From the NCBI GenBank assembly GCA_046154125.1, contig JBJXEJ010000118.1, positions 10,072 through 74,071 on the forward strand: a stretch of DNA of 64,000 nt, given 5' to 3'. The number at the start of each line of letters is the position of its first letter. Position 1 is the stretch's first letter. The translations under genes were made by a program, and so were the position numbers. Under the pieces are notes generated by a model. That model was not told where the DNA came from and searched no databases. It saw only the letters and a list, made by a program, of their open reading frames with translations. Of the stretch, positions 46,681 through 56,568 are shown one piece after another. The stretch is from Rhizobacter sp. GTDB taxonomy: Bacteria; Pseudomonadota; Gammaproteobacteria; Burkholderiales; Burkholderiaceae_C.

Positions 46681-46852
46681 TATTTTATCTGCCAATTTCT
46701 GCAGCGTCGATCAACCGGGGTGGTGCCCCCGTTCGGACGACGTCTACGGGTATACAGCCACCCTTGAAACCGTCTTCACCCCGGGTCTGAACCCTAAACT
46801 TCCTGAACGCGCAACGCGGCGCGATGACGGATCTGCCAGGGGAGACACACGG

Positions 46853-47524
46853 ATGCGGGTTCTGATCGCCGAAGACGACCAGGTGCTGGCGGATGGCCTG
46901 TTGCGCTCGCTGCGCAATGCAGGCTATGCCGTCGATCAGGTGAGCAGCGGCAGCGAGGCGGATGCGGCGCTGACCTCGCACGAATTCGACATGGTGATCC
47001 TCGACCTGGGGCTGCCCAAGGTGCACGGGCTGGAGGTGCTGCGCAAGCTGCGGGCGCGCGGCTCGAGCGTGCCGGTGCTGATCCTGACCGCTGCCGACAG
47101 CGTCGACCAGCGCGTCAAGGGCCTCGACCTCGGCGCCGACGAGTACATGGCCAAGCCGTTCTCGCTGCAGGAACTCGAAGCGCGCGTGCGTGCGCTGACG
47201 CGTCGCGGGCTGGGCACCGCATCGAGCGTCATCAAGCACGGGCCGCTGACCTTCGACGCCACTGGCCGCGTGGCCTACATCAACGACCAGATGATCGAGC
47301 TCTCGGCACGCGAGATCAGCCTGCTCGAGGTGCTGCTGCAGCGTGCCGGCCGGCTGGTCAGCAAGGACCAGCTCGTCGAGCGGCTGTGCGAGTGGGGCGA
47401 AGAGGTCAGCAACAACGCGATCGAGGTCTACATCCATCGCCTGCGCAAGAAGATCGAGCAAGGCCCGGTTCGCATCGCTACCGTGCGAGGCCTGGGTTAC
47501 TGTCTGGAGAAAATCGCGGCCTGA
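46853..47524 (+). CDS. OmpR/PhoB-family response regulator
   Basis: Receiver motifs MRVLIAEDD, MVILDLGLP and MAKPF. Winged-helix motifs IELSAREISLLEVLL, VYIHRLRKKI and TVRGLGY. The ATG at 46853 is in frame with ORF 46292..47524. Confidence 0.9.
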   Translation: MRVLIAEDDQVLADGLLRSLRNAGYAVDQVSSGSEADAALTSHEFDMVILDLGLPKVHGLEVLRKLRARGSSVPVLILTAADSVDQRVKGLDLGADEYMAKPFSLQELEARVRALTRRGLGTASSVIKHGPLTFDATGRVAYINDQMIELSAREISLLEVLLQRAGRLVSKDQLVERLCEWGEEVSNNAIEVYIHRLRKKIEQGPVRIATVRGLGYCLEKIAA

Positions 47525-47540
47525 GCAGCTTTGACTCTCC

Positions 47541-49085
47541 ATGGCCAGCCCGCACGAACAACGCTCCCTCTTCGGCGAGATCCTCGACTGGATGCTCGCA
47601 CCGCTGCTGGTGCTGTGGCCGATGAGCGTCGTGCTCACCTGGCTGGTTGCGCAAGGCATCGCCAACCAGCCCTACGACAGGGAACTCGCCAACATGGCGC
47701 GGGTGCTGTCAAAGCAGGTGGTCGTCCAGTCCGAGCAGGGATACGCGACGGCAAGCTTCGCCCTGCCGGCAGGCGCCTCGGAGATCCTGCGCGCCGACGA
47801 GGCTGACGACGTCTACTACCAGGTGCTGGGACTGCGCGGCGAGTACCTGAGCGGCGACAGCACACTGGCGGTGCCGGCTGAAGAAGACCGCGTGCCACCC
47901 GGCGAACTCCGCTATCGCGACGACACGATTCACGACGAGAACGTCCGGGTGGCCTACATGTGGGTTGACGTGCCGGGCCGCCCCGCCGAGGCGGCACCGC
48001 TGGTGCAGGTGGCCGAGACGCTCGGCAAGCGCTCGCGGCTGGCCACCGAGATCATCAAGGGCGTGATCCTTCCGCAGTTCGTGATCCTGCCGCTGGCGGT
48101 GCTGCTGGTGTGGCTGGCGCTCGCACGCGGCATCGCACCGCTGAACGAATTGCAGCAACGTATCCGCAAGCGCGACAGCAGCGACCTGAGCCCGATCGAC
48201 GAGCGCGATGCGCCCGAGGAGGTGTCGCCCCTGGTGCGCGCGATCAACGACCTGCTCGCGCGGCTCGACCGCTCGATCGGTTCGCAGAAGCATTTCCTGA
48301 CCGATGCCGCTCATCAGCTGAAGACACCGCTGGCCGGCTTGCGCATGCAGGCCGAGCTGGCACAGCGCGATATCGACGCCGGCAAGAACGACCCGGCGGA
48401 CATCAAGCGCTCGCTGCAGCAGATCGCGCTGTCGAGCCAGCGCGCCGCACACACAGTCAACCAGTTGCTGTCGATGGCACGCGCCGACGACAAGGAACAG
48501 GCTCTGCGCCTCGGCCCGGTCGACCTCGCGGAGCTGGCCGTCGAAACGGTGCGCGACTTCGTTCCGCACGCACTCGAGAAGCGCATCGACCTCGGCTATG
48601 AAGGTCCGGGGCGTGACGTCGGGGGGGGTCTCGAGACGCCGGCGACCGGCGGCCTGAAGGTGCTGGGACACCGCGTGCTGCTGGGCGAGCTGATACGCAA
48701 CCTGGTCGACAACGCGCTGCACTACACGCCGTCGGGCGGCACGGTCACGGTACGCGTGATCGACGACCCGTTTGGCCAGGTGGTCGTGCTGCAGGTCGAG
48801 GATTCGGGACCGGGCATTCCGGCGGCCGAGCGCGAGCAGGTGTTTCGCCCGTTCTACCGCGTGCTCGGCACGCAGGTCGACGGCTCCGGCCTCGGGCTGG
48901 CGATCGTTCGCCAGATCGCCACCCAGCACGCAGCCGAGCTGCTGCTCGAGGACGCCAACCTGCGACACCGCGCGGGACTGAACGATCAGGCCGGAGCGCC
49001 GTTCGGGCCGGGTGCTCGCTTCACGCTGCGTTTCACGGCCGTCCGCGAGCAACGGGTGGAGGCGGACAACGCGGTCCTACACTGA
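47541..49085 (+). CDS. Sensor histidine kinase (two-component sensor N-terminal domain type, TctE/QseC-like)
   Basis: H-box FLTDAAHQLKTPLAGL, N-box LIRNLVDNALHYTP and G-boxes VEDSGPGIP and GSGLGLAIV. It follows its cognate response regulator. Confidence 0.9.
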   Translation: MASPHEQRSLFGEILDWMLAPLLVLWPMSVVLTWLVAQGIANQPYDRELANMARVLSKQVVVQSEQGYATASFALPAGASEILRADEADDVYYQVLGLRGEYLSGDSTLAVPAEEDRVPPGELRYRDDTIHDENVRVAYMWVDVPGRPAEAAPLVQVAETLGKRSRLATEIIKGVILPQFVILPLAVLLVWLALARGIAPLNELQQRIRKRDSSDLSPIDERDAPEEVSPLVRAINDLLARLDRSIGSQKHFLTDAAHQLKTPLAGLRMQAELAQRDIDAGKNDPADIKRSLQQIALSSQRAAHTVNQLLSMARADDKEQALRLGPVDLAELAVETVRDFVPHALEKRIDLGYEGPGRDVGGGLETPATGGLKVLGHRVLLGELIRNLVDNALHYTPSGGTVTVRVIDDPFGQVVVLQVEDSGPGIPAAEREQVFRPFYRVLGTQVDGSGLGLAIVRQIATQHAAELLLEDANLRHRAGLNDQAGAPFGPGARFTLRFTAVREQRVEADNAVLH

Positions 49086-49121
49086 GGCCGATGCCGACTT
49101 GACACGCTTCGGAGTTGCCAG

Positions 49122-50639
49122 ATGAATGCTCGCGATCCCGCTTTGCCAATGTCCGAACCCGTGGCCCCGGATCAGACTTCGGCGATCGCCGCTTTCTGCG
49201 ATCGCGCCTGGGACGAGACCATCGTTCCGGCCCTCGTCGACTACATCGCCATTCCCGCCAAGAGCCCGATGTTCGACGCCGACTGGCAGGCCCACGGCCA
49301 CATCGATCGCGTGATCCGCGACGCCGCGCAGTGGGTCGAGCGGCAGCCGGTGACCGGGCTGAAGCTCGAGGTAGTGCGCTTGCCGGGCCGCACGCCGGTC
49401 ATCTTCTTCGACGCGCCTGCCACTCGCGCCGGCGGCAACGCGCGTGACAGCGAGACGGTGCTGATGTACGGCCACCTCGACAAGCAGCCGGAGTTCACCG
49501 GCTGGCGCAACGACCTGGGCCCCTGGACGCCGAAGTACGAGAACGGCCTGCTGTACGGCCGTGGCGGTGCCGACGACGGCTACGCGGTCTACGCCGCGCT
49601 GACCGCGATTCGCGCGCTCGACGAACAAGAAATTCCCCGCCCGCGCTGCGTCGGCCTGATCGAGAGCTGCGAGGAAAGCGGCTCGTACGACCTGCCGGCC
49701 TACATCGACGCGCTGAAGTCGCGGCTCGGCCGCGTCGGGCTGGTGGTGTGCCTGGACAGCGGCGCGGGCAACTACGACCAGCTGTGGTTGACGACCAGCC
49801 TGCGCGGCATGGTCAGCGGCGTGCTGAAGGTCGAGGTGCTGACCGAAGGCGTTCACTCGGGCGACGCAAGCGGGCTGGTGCCCTCGAGTTTCCGGATCCT
49901 GCGCCAGGTGCTCGACCGTCTCGAGGACTCGAACACCGGCGAGTTGCTGCCCGCAGGCTTCCATTGCGAGATTCCCGCCGACCGCATAGAGCAGGCGCGC
50001 GCCACCGCGGCGGCCCTCGGGGACGATCTGTGGAAACGTTTCCCGTGGGCCTGTGGCGCCGATGGAGGCCCGACCCTGCCGACCACCAGCGACCCGTTCG
50101 ATGCGCTGATCCGACGCACCTGGAAGCCGACGCTGAGCGTGACCGGCGTCGACGGCTTCCCCGAGATGCGCAGTGCCGGCAACGTGCTGCGGCCGTACAC
50201 AGCATTCAAGCTGAGCCTGCGCCTGCCGCCATTGATCGATGGCAACGCGGCGGCGGCCCAGCTGAAGGCGCTGCTGGAGGACAACGCGCCCTACAACGCG
50301 AAGGTCACGTTCAGTGCCGACGGCCGTTCGGGCGGTGGCGGTGGCGGCCAACCATCCGGCGCGACGGGCTGGAACGCCCCGGCACTGGCACCCTGGCTCG
50401 AACGGGCCTTGAACTCCGCCTCGCAAACCCATTTCGGCGCGCCGTGTGGCTGCATCGGCCAGGGTGGCACGATCCCCTTGATGAGTCTGCTGCAACAGGG
50501 CTTCCCGGCAGCGCAGATGATGGTCTGCGGCGTGCTCGGCCCGAAGAGCAATGCACACGGGCCGAACGAATTCCTGCACGTGCCCTACGGCAAGAAACTC
50601 ACCGCCGCTGTAGCCCAGGTGATCGCCGCCTGCAGGTGA
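49122..50639 (+). CDS. M20 family metallopeptidase (dipeptidase-like)
   Basis: Motifs LMYGHLDKQP, GRGGADDGY and IESCEESGS, plus the C-terminal NAHGPNEF. Confidence 0.8.
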   Translation: MNARDPALPMSEPVAPDQTSAIAAFCDRAWDETIVPALVDYIAIPAKSPMFDADWQAHGHIDRVIRDAAQWVERQPVTGLKLEVVRLPGRTPVIFFDAPATRAGGNARDSETVLMYGHLDKQPEFTGWRNDLGPWTPKYENGLLYGRGGADDGYAVYAALTAIRALDEQEIPRPRCVGLIESCEESGSYDLPAYIDALKSRLGRVGLVVCLDSGAGNYDQLWLTTSLRGMVSGVLKVEVLTEGVHSGDASGLVPSSFRILRQVLDRLEDSNTGELLPAGFHCEIPADRIEQARATAAALGDDLWKRFPWACGADGGPTLPTTSDPFDALIRRTWKPTLSVTGVDGFPEMRSAGNVLRPYTAFKLSLRLPPLIDGNAAAAQLKALLEDNAPYNAKVTFSADGRSGGGGGGQPSGATGWNAPALAPWLERALNSASQTHFGAPCGCIGQGGTIPLMSLLQQGFPAAQMMVCGVLGPKSNAHGPNEFLHVPYGKKLTAAVAQVIAACR

Positions 50640-50804
50640 TGCCACGACCGATGCGCAGGTCGGGCCGCAAGCGGAACTGGCCATTCGCGCGCTCGATCGA
50701 TGCTCGTGTGATGCTTCGCACAGGTACGCTGCGTCACGACGGTTCGGCCGTGCGCGGCGACGATAGAGTCCACCCGAACGACCTCCTTGCGTTTTCCTTT
50801 GTCC

Positions 50805-51296
50805 ATGGCACGACCCATCTCCGATCGCACGCGCGTTGCGGCGGCGCCACCGCCGAATCAGGCCAGCGACCGCCTGTGGCTGGCCTACGTGCTGGCGGGC
50901 GTCATCCTGCTGATCGGAATTCCGGTCGCGGTGGCGATCGGCGCGTCGTGGGTCCGCCTGTCCGAGCCGGCGAAGACTGACCGGCCGGCACCGAACTGGG
51001 TGCGGTCGGAGGCGGTGCAGGCCACCACCAGCAATGGCGACTCGGTCAAGGCGCAGGTCGCCTTCGATGCGGCCGAAGGCAGCACCCGTGCCGTTCTGGA
51101 AGCCAACCGCACCCAGGTGGCGCTGCTGATGCAGATCAGCCTGGGCGCTTACGACCGTCCCACGATCCAGGACGCCCAGGGCATGCAGCGGTTGTCGAAG
51201 GACATGCGCAGTCGGCTCAACGCGTTCCTCGCGGAACACGGCGCCGCGCCCGTGCGTGAAGTGATCATCCAGGACCTGTTCTTCAGCAAGTTGTGA
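50805..51296 (+). CDS. Single-pass membrane protein, FliL-like
   Basis: One TM segment (LWLAYVLAGVILLIGIPVAVAIGA) followed by a FliL-like pattern (VKAQVAFDA...LEANRTQVALLMQISL...LSKDMRSRLNAFL...VREVIIQDLFF). The family assignment is tentative. Confidence 0.4.
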   Translation: MARPISDRTRVAAAPPPNQASDRLWLAYVLAGVILLIGIPVAVAIGASWVRLSEPAKTDRPAPNWVRSEAVQATTSNGDSVKAQVAFDAAEGSTRAVLEANRTQVALLMQISLGAYDRPTIQDAQGMQRLSKDMRSRLNAFLAEHGAAPVREVIIQDLFFSKL

Positions 51297-51317
51297 CGCA
51301 GCCCGCCCCGGCAGGCG

Positions 51318-52160
51318 TCAGCCGAGGCGTCGGTGGCTCAGCGCCGGGAGTTGGGCGCGCACCGAGGCGAGCCGATCGAGGTCGAGGTCGGCAAGCACGA
51401 CGCCCTCGCCTTCGGCCAACACGGCAATGACTTCACCCCAGGGATCGATGACCATGCTGTGGCCCCAGGTGCGTCGACCGTTGTCGTGCAACCCACCCTG
51501 CGCCGCAGCGATCACGTAGCACTGGTTCTCGACCGCACGTGCACGCAGCAGCAGCTCCCAGTGCGCCCGACCCGTCGTGTGGGTGAAGGCAGCTGGCACT
51601 GCGATCAGGTCGCACGGCGGCTGGCCAGGCATCGCCATCAGCGCACGGTACAGCTCCGGGAAACGCAGGTCGTAGCAAATGCTCAGGCCGACCTGCAGAG
51701 GAGCCGCCGGGGGGCCGTCCCCATTGGTCGTCCCGCTCACCGCCACCGGTTGGGTGCCCGCGCGCAAAACCCGGCCTTCGTCGTAGCGCTCGCGCCCGTT
51801 GTCGAAACAGAACAAGTGGATCTTGTCGTAGCGCGCCGCCAGGCTGCCGTCGGGCCCGTAGACGCAACAGGCATTGAAGACGCGGTCGATGGCGTCGCTG
51901 CGGATCGGCAGGGTACCGCCGATCAGCCACACGACGTTCTGACGCGCGGCGTCGGAGAGCATCTTCTGGATCGGGCCGTCACCAGCCGCCTCTGCGATCG
52001 CCAGCTTGTCGCGGTCGTTGTGGCCCATCAGGCAGAAGTATTCGGGAAGCACGACCCAACATGCGCCGGCCGCTGAGGCCTGAGCGATCAAACGCACGGC
52101 GGTTGCCAGGTTGTCCTCGACGTCGGGGGTCGACACCATCTGCAGGGCGGCGATCTTCAT
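51318..52160 (-). CDS. Carbon-nitrogen hydrolase family protein (Nit/omega-amidase-like)
   Basis: Catalytic E-K-C contexts VVLPEYF, YDKIHLF and SICYDLRFPE. Confidence 0.85.
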   Translation of the reverse strand: MKIAALQMVSTPDVEDNLATAVRLIAQASAAGACWVVLPEYFCLMGHNDRDKLAIAEAAGDGPIQKMLSDAARQNVVWLIGGTLPIRSDAIDRVFNACCVYGPDGSLAARYDKIHLFCFDNGRERYDEGRVLRAGTQPVAVSGTTNGDGPPAAPLQVGLSICYDLRFPELYRALMAMPGQPPCDLIAVPAAFTHTTGRAHWELLLRARAVENQCYVIAAAQGGLHDNGRRTWGHSMVIDPWGEVIAVLAEGEGVVLADLDLDRLASVRAQLPALSHRRLG

Positions 52161-55100
52161 GGCTTGGGGCTCGGTTCATTGGCGGAGGCAGCCGGCAGGT
52201 TGGCCGGCATCGACGAACTGGGCGCTGGAATGTCGGGCACCGGCGCACCGAACTTGCGATCGACCTTGTCGACCTTGGGATCGGCCCAGGTGCCGGTGAT
52301 CCGGAACTCGCGCGTGTTGACTGCGATCAACGGCTTGCTGAACAACGCCTGCGCCAGGAAGGCACCGAGGCCGAGCGCCGGGTTGATCGCGGCATAGGCC
52401 AGCGATGCGGTACCGGCGTCGATCTCCGGCACGACGATGACCCGAAGGTCCTGCGTTTCCTGCTCGATGTCGGCCTTGCCCTCCATCAGCACCGCCGCCT
52501 GCACGCCGCGCATGCGCAGGTTGTTGGTCTGCGCGACGCCCTGGGTGATCTGCACGTCTCCGCTGATGTCGTCGAAGGCGAAACCTTGCTGGAACACGTC
52601 GCGGAAATCGAGCACCAGACGCCGCGGCAGCGCCTGCAGGCTGAGCACGCTGAGCAGACGCCCGACGCCCGGCTCGGCCTTCAGGAACTGGCCCGCGGCA
52701 ATCGAGATGTTCACCTGGCCGGTCAGACTGGGGTAGTCCAGCGCGAGCGGCGAGCCCGACCACGCGACCTGACCAGACATGCCACCCTTGCCTCCGCGCA
52801 CGATCTTGCCGAATCCGAGCCGCTCGACCAGCGCCCCGCTGTCGCTCAGCTCAAGCTTGAAGCTCAGCACGACCCGGCGCGCGGCCGATGATGCGGCTCC
52901 GGACACCGCGCCCGCGCTGACACCGGCGCCCTGCGCGGCCCAGTTGCCACTGGCAGTCAGCTTCGCCTCCGGGGTGGTGAGTGCAAGCCGGTTAAGCCGC
53001 CATTCCCGCGCACCCTGCCGATTGGTGGCCTCCAGCTCCATGCGCCCGAGGTGCTTGCCTCGCAGTTCGAGGTCGTCGACGACGATGTCCAGTGCCGGCA
53101 CGCTCTGCGCCGCCGGCTGATCGAGCAGACTCTCGACATCGGTCACGTCGTCCTTGGGCAGAGACAGCCGGCTCAGCCGCGCGTAGACGCGACCGGCCGC
53201 GTTCGTCGTGCCGGAAGGCGCGTTGCCCACCGACGCACGCGGCGCCCGGTACTCGAGGTAGCCGCTGGCCTGGTCGGAGTCGAGATTTACCCGCCAAACC
53301 GTGCCCTCCTGCGACAAGCCGGCCACCACACGGCTGAAGCGCCGCGAACCGACATGCAACTCCTGGGCGCGCAGGCCGATCGTGTTCGGAGCATAGGCGG
53401 CGTAGCCAGGGACCGCGTCGCCGCCCGAAGGACCGAGCGTGGCGGCGCCCGCCGAACTCGCCGGCACGCCGGCAGCCACCTGCTCCCAGGCATCGACGTT
53501 CAGGCTGGACAGGTTGAGGTTGGCGGTCACTCCACTGGCTGGATTCGGTGCCGGCTCCATCACTCCGAGACCTCCGCGCAGCACGCGCGGCACCGCACCG
53601 GACACATCACGCACGTACTGCACCTGCACCAGGTTCCCGAGGTCGAGTCGGATGACGTCTTGCGTCGCCGTGGCACCGACCCCGCCTTCGGTAGGCGGCG
53701 CGTTCTGGAACCGCAGCGCCAGCGGCGCATCGGCCGCCTTGTTGAGCGGCGCCGGCAGTTCGCTGGCCAGGCCGACCAGGTTGCTCGTGACAATCAGGTC
53801 AGACTGTCCGCGCACCAGATTCAACGCGACACGGTAGCTGGCCTGCCCGTTCAGCGAGTTGGCGAGGTGGGCCAGTGCAGCGCCACCAACGTCGATGCCG
53901 CGCCGCAGACCATCGGCGGTCGCGATGCCCTGGCCCACGAAGCGCATCGACCCGTCGGGCTGAAGTCCCCCGTCGACGTTCAGGTCGCCGCCTAGCAACC
54001 GGCCCGACATGCCGACGATCGAGAACCCCTTCTGGGAAAAATCGACGCGACCGCGCGCGGCGCCGAACTGCGGCGTATCGGGTCGCAGGCGAAAGTCAGT
54101 GGCCATCAGCATGACGCTGCCGCGCACCGACGTTGCAGCCGGGTCCGCCAGCGGCACGGACAGCGCGAGTGTCAGGTCGGCGCTGCCGGAGGCCGCGCTG
54201 CGGGACAGTGCGTTGCCGATCCACCCGCCGACCGGAGACGCGTTGACGAAGCGCAGCATGTCGGCGGCGGCACCACGCCCCGCGCCTTCGAGCATCAGCT
54301 CCGATCGATTGGTCAGAGTCCTGATGCCACCGTGCACGCCACTGAGCTTCACGCCCTGCACCCGCGCCTGTGCGTTGCGGATCTCCATCGCCTCGCGATC
54401 GAAGACCAGCTCGCCACTCAACTCGTCGAGCAGCGGCCAGGTCGAGACGTAAGCGGGCTCGGTCGCGCTGGCAGGCCAGCTTGGAACGTAAGCAAAGGAG
54501 GCTTTGTCGACCTGCGCGGCAATACGGAATTCGCTGTCCCTGGTGCTGCCGGCGGGAAACGGGAAATCGTTCAGATCGCCCTTGACGCGGAAGGTCGCAC
54601 TGGTCACGCGGCCGCCACGCACCGCGTGCTCGACGTAACGGCGCACACCACCCGAGACGCCCAGCGGCAGGTAGCGAAAGACCCGCGTGGCATCGACCTG
54701 CGTCAACTTGGCGTCGAGGTCAAGACGTCCTGGATAGCGTGGACTGCGCTTGCCGATCGTGGTGTCCGGCCCGGTGCTCCAGTTGCCGCGCAGCTCACCC
54801 TGCAGGTCGGCGTTGGCGAACTGCCCGTCCTTGACCTGCACCGTGACCTGCGGCGGCAGGTCGGTGGCGGCCGAAGCCTCGACACGCCAGTTCAGCTGCG
54901 CGCTCAGACGATCGAACGGCAACAGCGGGTCTTCGAGCAGGCCGGGGAGGTCGAACCCGCCGTGCGTCATCGTGATGCGTGCCTCGCCGCCACTCTGATC
55001 GGCGGTCAACTGGAGATCGGCCTGCCTCACGCCCGGCCTGCCCGCGGTTTGCGCATCGCCCGCCGGCGCTGCGGCCAGCGACAGCCCGCTGACGCCGGCG

Positions 55101-56425
55101 CGCAACTGGTAGCGGGGCGGAAGAGCCACCGCGACCGCGGCCGAGGCCGCCATTGCCGGCGTGCGGGCAACGGCCGGCACCCCGTCCCAGCGCAGGCTGA
55201 GCGCCGTTGCGGTGCCGCGAGGATCGAAGTCGGCCAGCAACCGGTGCGCTTCGTCGCCCACCGGCAGACGCCTCACCACCTGGGTCGTCAGCGCGAGGTC
55301 GAGCCGCTCGGCCGACAGCTCCCCGCCAGTCACATCACCGTCCGGCGACCGGCGCCACTTGAGTGCAACGTTGCTTGCCGGCCAGCGCACGCCATCCGAG
55401 GTGACGAAGCCGAACTGACGTGCCGCGAGCTCGGTATCGCGGTCGTCCCGTCGTCCGACCAGACGCCCGGTCACCTCGGCGAATCCCAGCGGGTCGAGTT
55501 CAGGCTGCAGCCGCAGCGCCACGTCGCGCAGCGCGACATCCAGCGTCGCGGCTGTGGCTTGCCCGTCCACCACGTCGATCCATGCCCGCAAGGCGCCTTG
55601 TCCCTGCGTGAGATCGAACGGCAGTGTCGCGTGCCGACGAAGCGTGCGGACGTCGGCATCGGGCAAGGTGGCATAGACCGCGCCGCGCCAGCGCTTCCAG
55701 TCGGCGCTCTCCGCCAGCAGCGGCTGGGTGAAACGGCCCGTGACGCTGAATCGTTCGCCCCAGACGGCTGGCGGGGTCGCATCGATGCGCACGTCGTGGT
55801 GGCGCAGCGAATTGCGCACCACCAGTTGCAAGTCGCTGAGCTCCAGCGGCTCTGCCGGGTGCAATTCGTCAGTCCAGCGCACCGAGCCGCCGCGGATCAC
55901 GAATTCGTGCTGCTTGAAGAACCAGTTGGCTGGCGCACGGTCGGTGCGGCCAGGCACGCTGAAATCGAGGCCGGCGACAAAGAGCCGGCCGGCGGCGTCG
56001 CGGTGGATCTCGAGGTGAGCTCCATCGATCAGCAGTTGCACGAATCGGGGCTCCATCGACAGCAGCGAATGCGCCGAAAGCGCTGCGACCACGCGCGGCA
56101 GGCGCAGCGCCGGCTTCGCCTGGGCATCGAGAAGCACCACATCCTTCAACTCGAAGGCCGGCACCAGTCCACTCGACGTGACCTGCACTGCGCCGATGCG
56201 CACCGGTTGCCCGAGCAGCCGTGAGGCCTGCTGTTCGATCGGGGCGCGCCACTGATCGATGTGCGGCAGAATGAACCAGTGAATCGTTGCCCAAGCCAAG
56301 ATCAACAGGCTCCAAGCCGCAATCAGCAGCAGGCCCAGACCCTTCAAAATGCGAATCAACAGCCGGGCCAAAGTCAGTCGGGTGCCAGGAGACAGATCGG
56401 AGTCGTCGACTTCTTGGACAGGCAT
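52157..56425 (-). CDS. yhdP: YhdP family (AsmA-like) large envelope protein
   Basis: N-terminal anchor LLLIAAWSLLILAWATIHWFILP, followed by about 1400 aa of beta-rich sequence with an AsmA-like C-terminus. The stop overlaps the hydrolase start (ATGA, 52157-52160). ATG 56425 was chosen within ORF 52157..56551. Confidence 0.75.
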   Translation of the reverse strand: MPVQEVDDSDLSPGTRLTLARLLIRILKGLGLLLIAAWSLLILAWATIHWFILPHIDQWRAPIEQQASRLLGQPVRIGAVQVTSSGLVPAFELKDVVLLDAQAKPALRLPRVVAALSAHSLLSMEPRFVQLLIDGAHLEIHRDAAGRLFVAGLDFSVPGRTDRAPANWFFKQHEFVIRGGSVRWTDELHPAEPLELSDLQLVVRNSLRHHDVRIDATPPAVWGERFSVTGRFTQPLLAESADWKRWRGAVYATLPDADVRTLRRHATLPFDLTQGQGALRAWIDVVDGQATAATLDVALRDVALRLQPELDPLGFAEVTGRLVGRRDDRDTELAARQFGFVTSDGVRWPASNVALKWRRSPDGDVTGGELSAERLDLALTTQVVRRLPVGDEAHRLLADFDPRGTATALSLRWDGVPAVARTPAMAASAAVAVALPPRYQLRAGVSGLSLAAAPAGDAQTAGRPGVRQADLQLTADQSGGEARITMTHGGFDLPGLLEDPLLPFDRLSAQLNWRVEASAATDLPPQVTVQVKDGQFANADLQGELRGNWSTGPDTTIGKRSPRYPGRLDLDAKLTQVDATRVFRYLPLGVSGGVRRYVEHAVRGGRVTSATFRVKGDLNDFPFPAGSTRDSEFRIAAQVDKASFAYVPSWPASATEPAYVSTWPLLDELSGELVFDREAMEIRNAQARVQGVKLSGVHGGIRTLTNRSELMLEGAGRGAAADMLRFVNASPVGGWIGNALSRSAASGSADLTLALSVPLADPAATSVRGSVMLMATDFRLRPDTPQFGAARGRVDFSQKGFSIVGMSGRLLGGDLNVDGGLQPDGSMRFVGQGIATADGLRRGIDVGGAALAHLANSLNGQASYRVALNLVRGQSDLIVTSNLVGLASELPAPLNKAADAPLALRFQNAPPTEGGVGATATQDVIRLDLGNLVQVQYVRDVSGAVPRVLRGGLGVMEPAPNPASGVTANLNLSSLNVDAWEQVAAGVPASSAGAATLGPSGGDAVPGYAAYAPNTIGLRAQELHVGSRRFSRVVAGLSQEGTVWRVNLDSDQASGYLEYRAPRASVGNAPSGTTNAAGRVYARLSRLSLPKDDVTDVESLLDQPAAQSVPALDIVVDDLELRGKHLGRMELEATNRQGAREWRLNRLALTTPEAKLTASGNWAAQGAGVSAGAVSGAASSAARRVVLSFKLELSDSGALVERLGFGKIVRGGKGGMSGQVAWSGSPLALDYPSLTGQVNISIAAGQFLKAEPGVGRLLSVLSLQALPRRLVLDFRDVFQQGFAFDDISGDVQITQGVAQTNNLRMRGVQAAVLMEGKADIEQETQDLRVIVVPEIDAGTASLAYAAINPALGLGAFLAQALFSKPLIAVNTREFRITGTWADPKVDKVDRKFGAPVPDIPAPSSSMPANLPAASANEPSPKP

Positions 56426-56568
56426 GGGTGGGTTCGGGCGCCGGGTGGGCGGGGATCGGATGAGCAGATTCAGCGTGGGGGCCTGCGGGGCTTGCACGAT
56501 GCACTCGACATCCTGAACAACCCTCCCGTACACCTCGAAGCAATCTAGCACAGAGCCCCTTTCGAACC

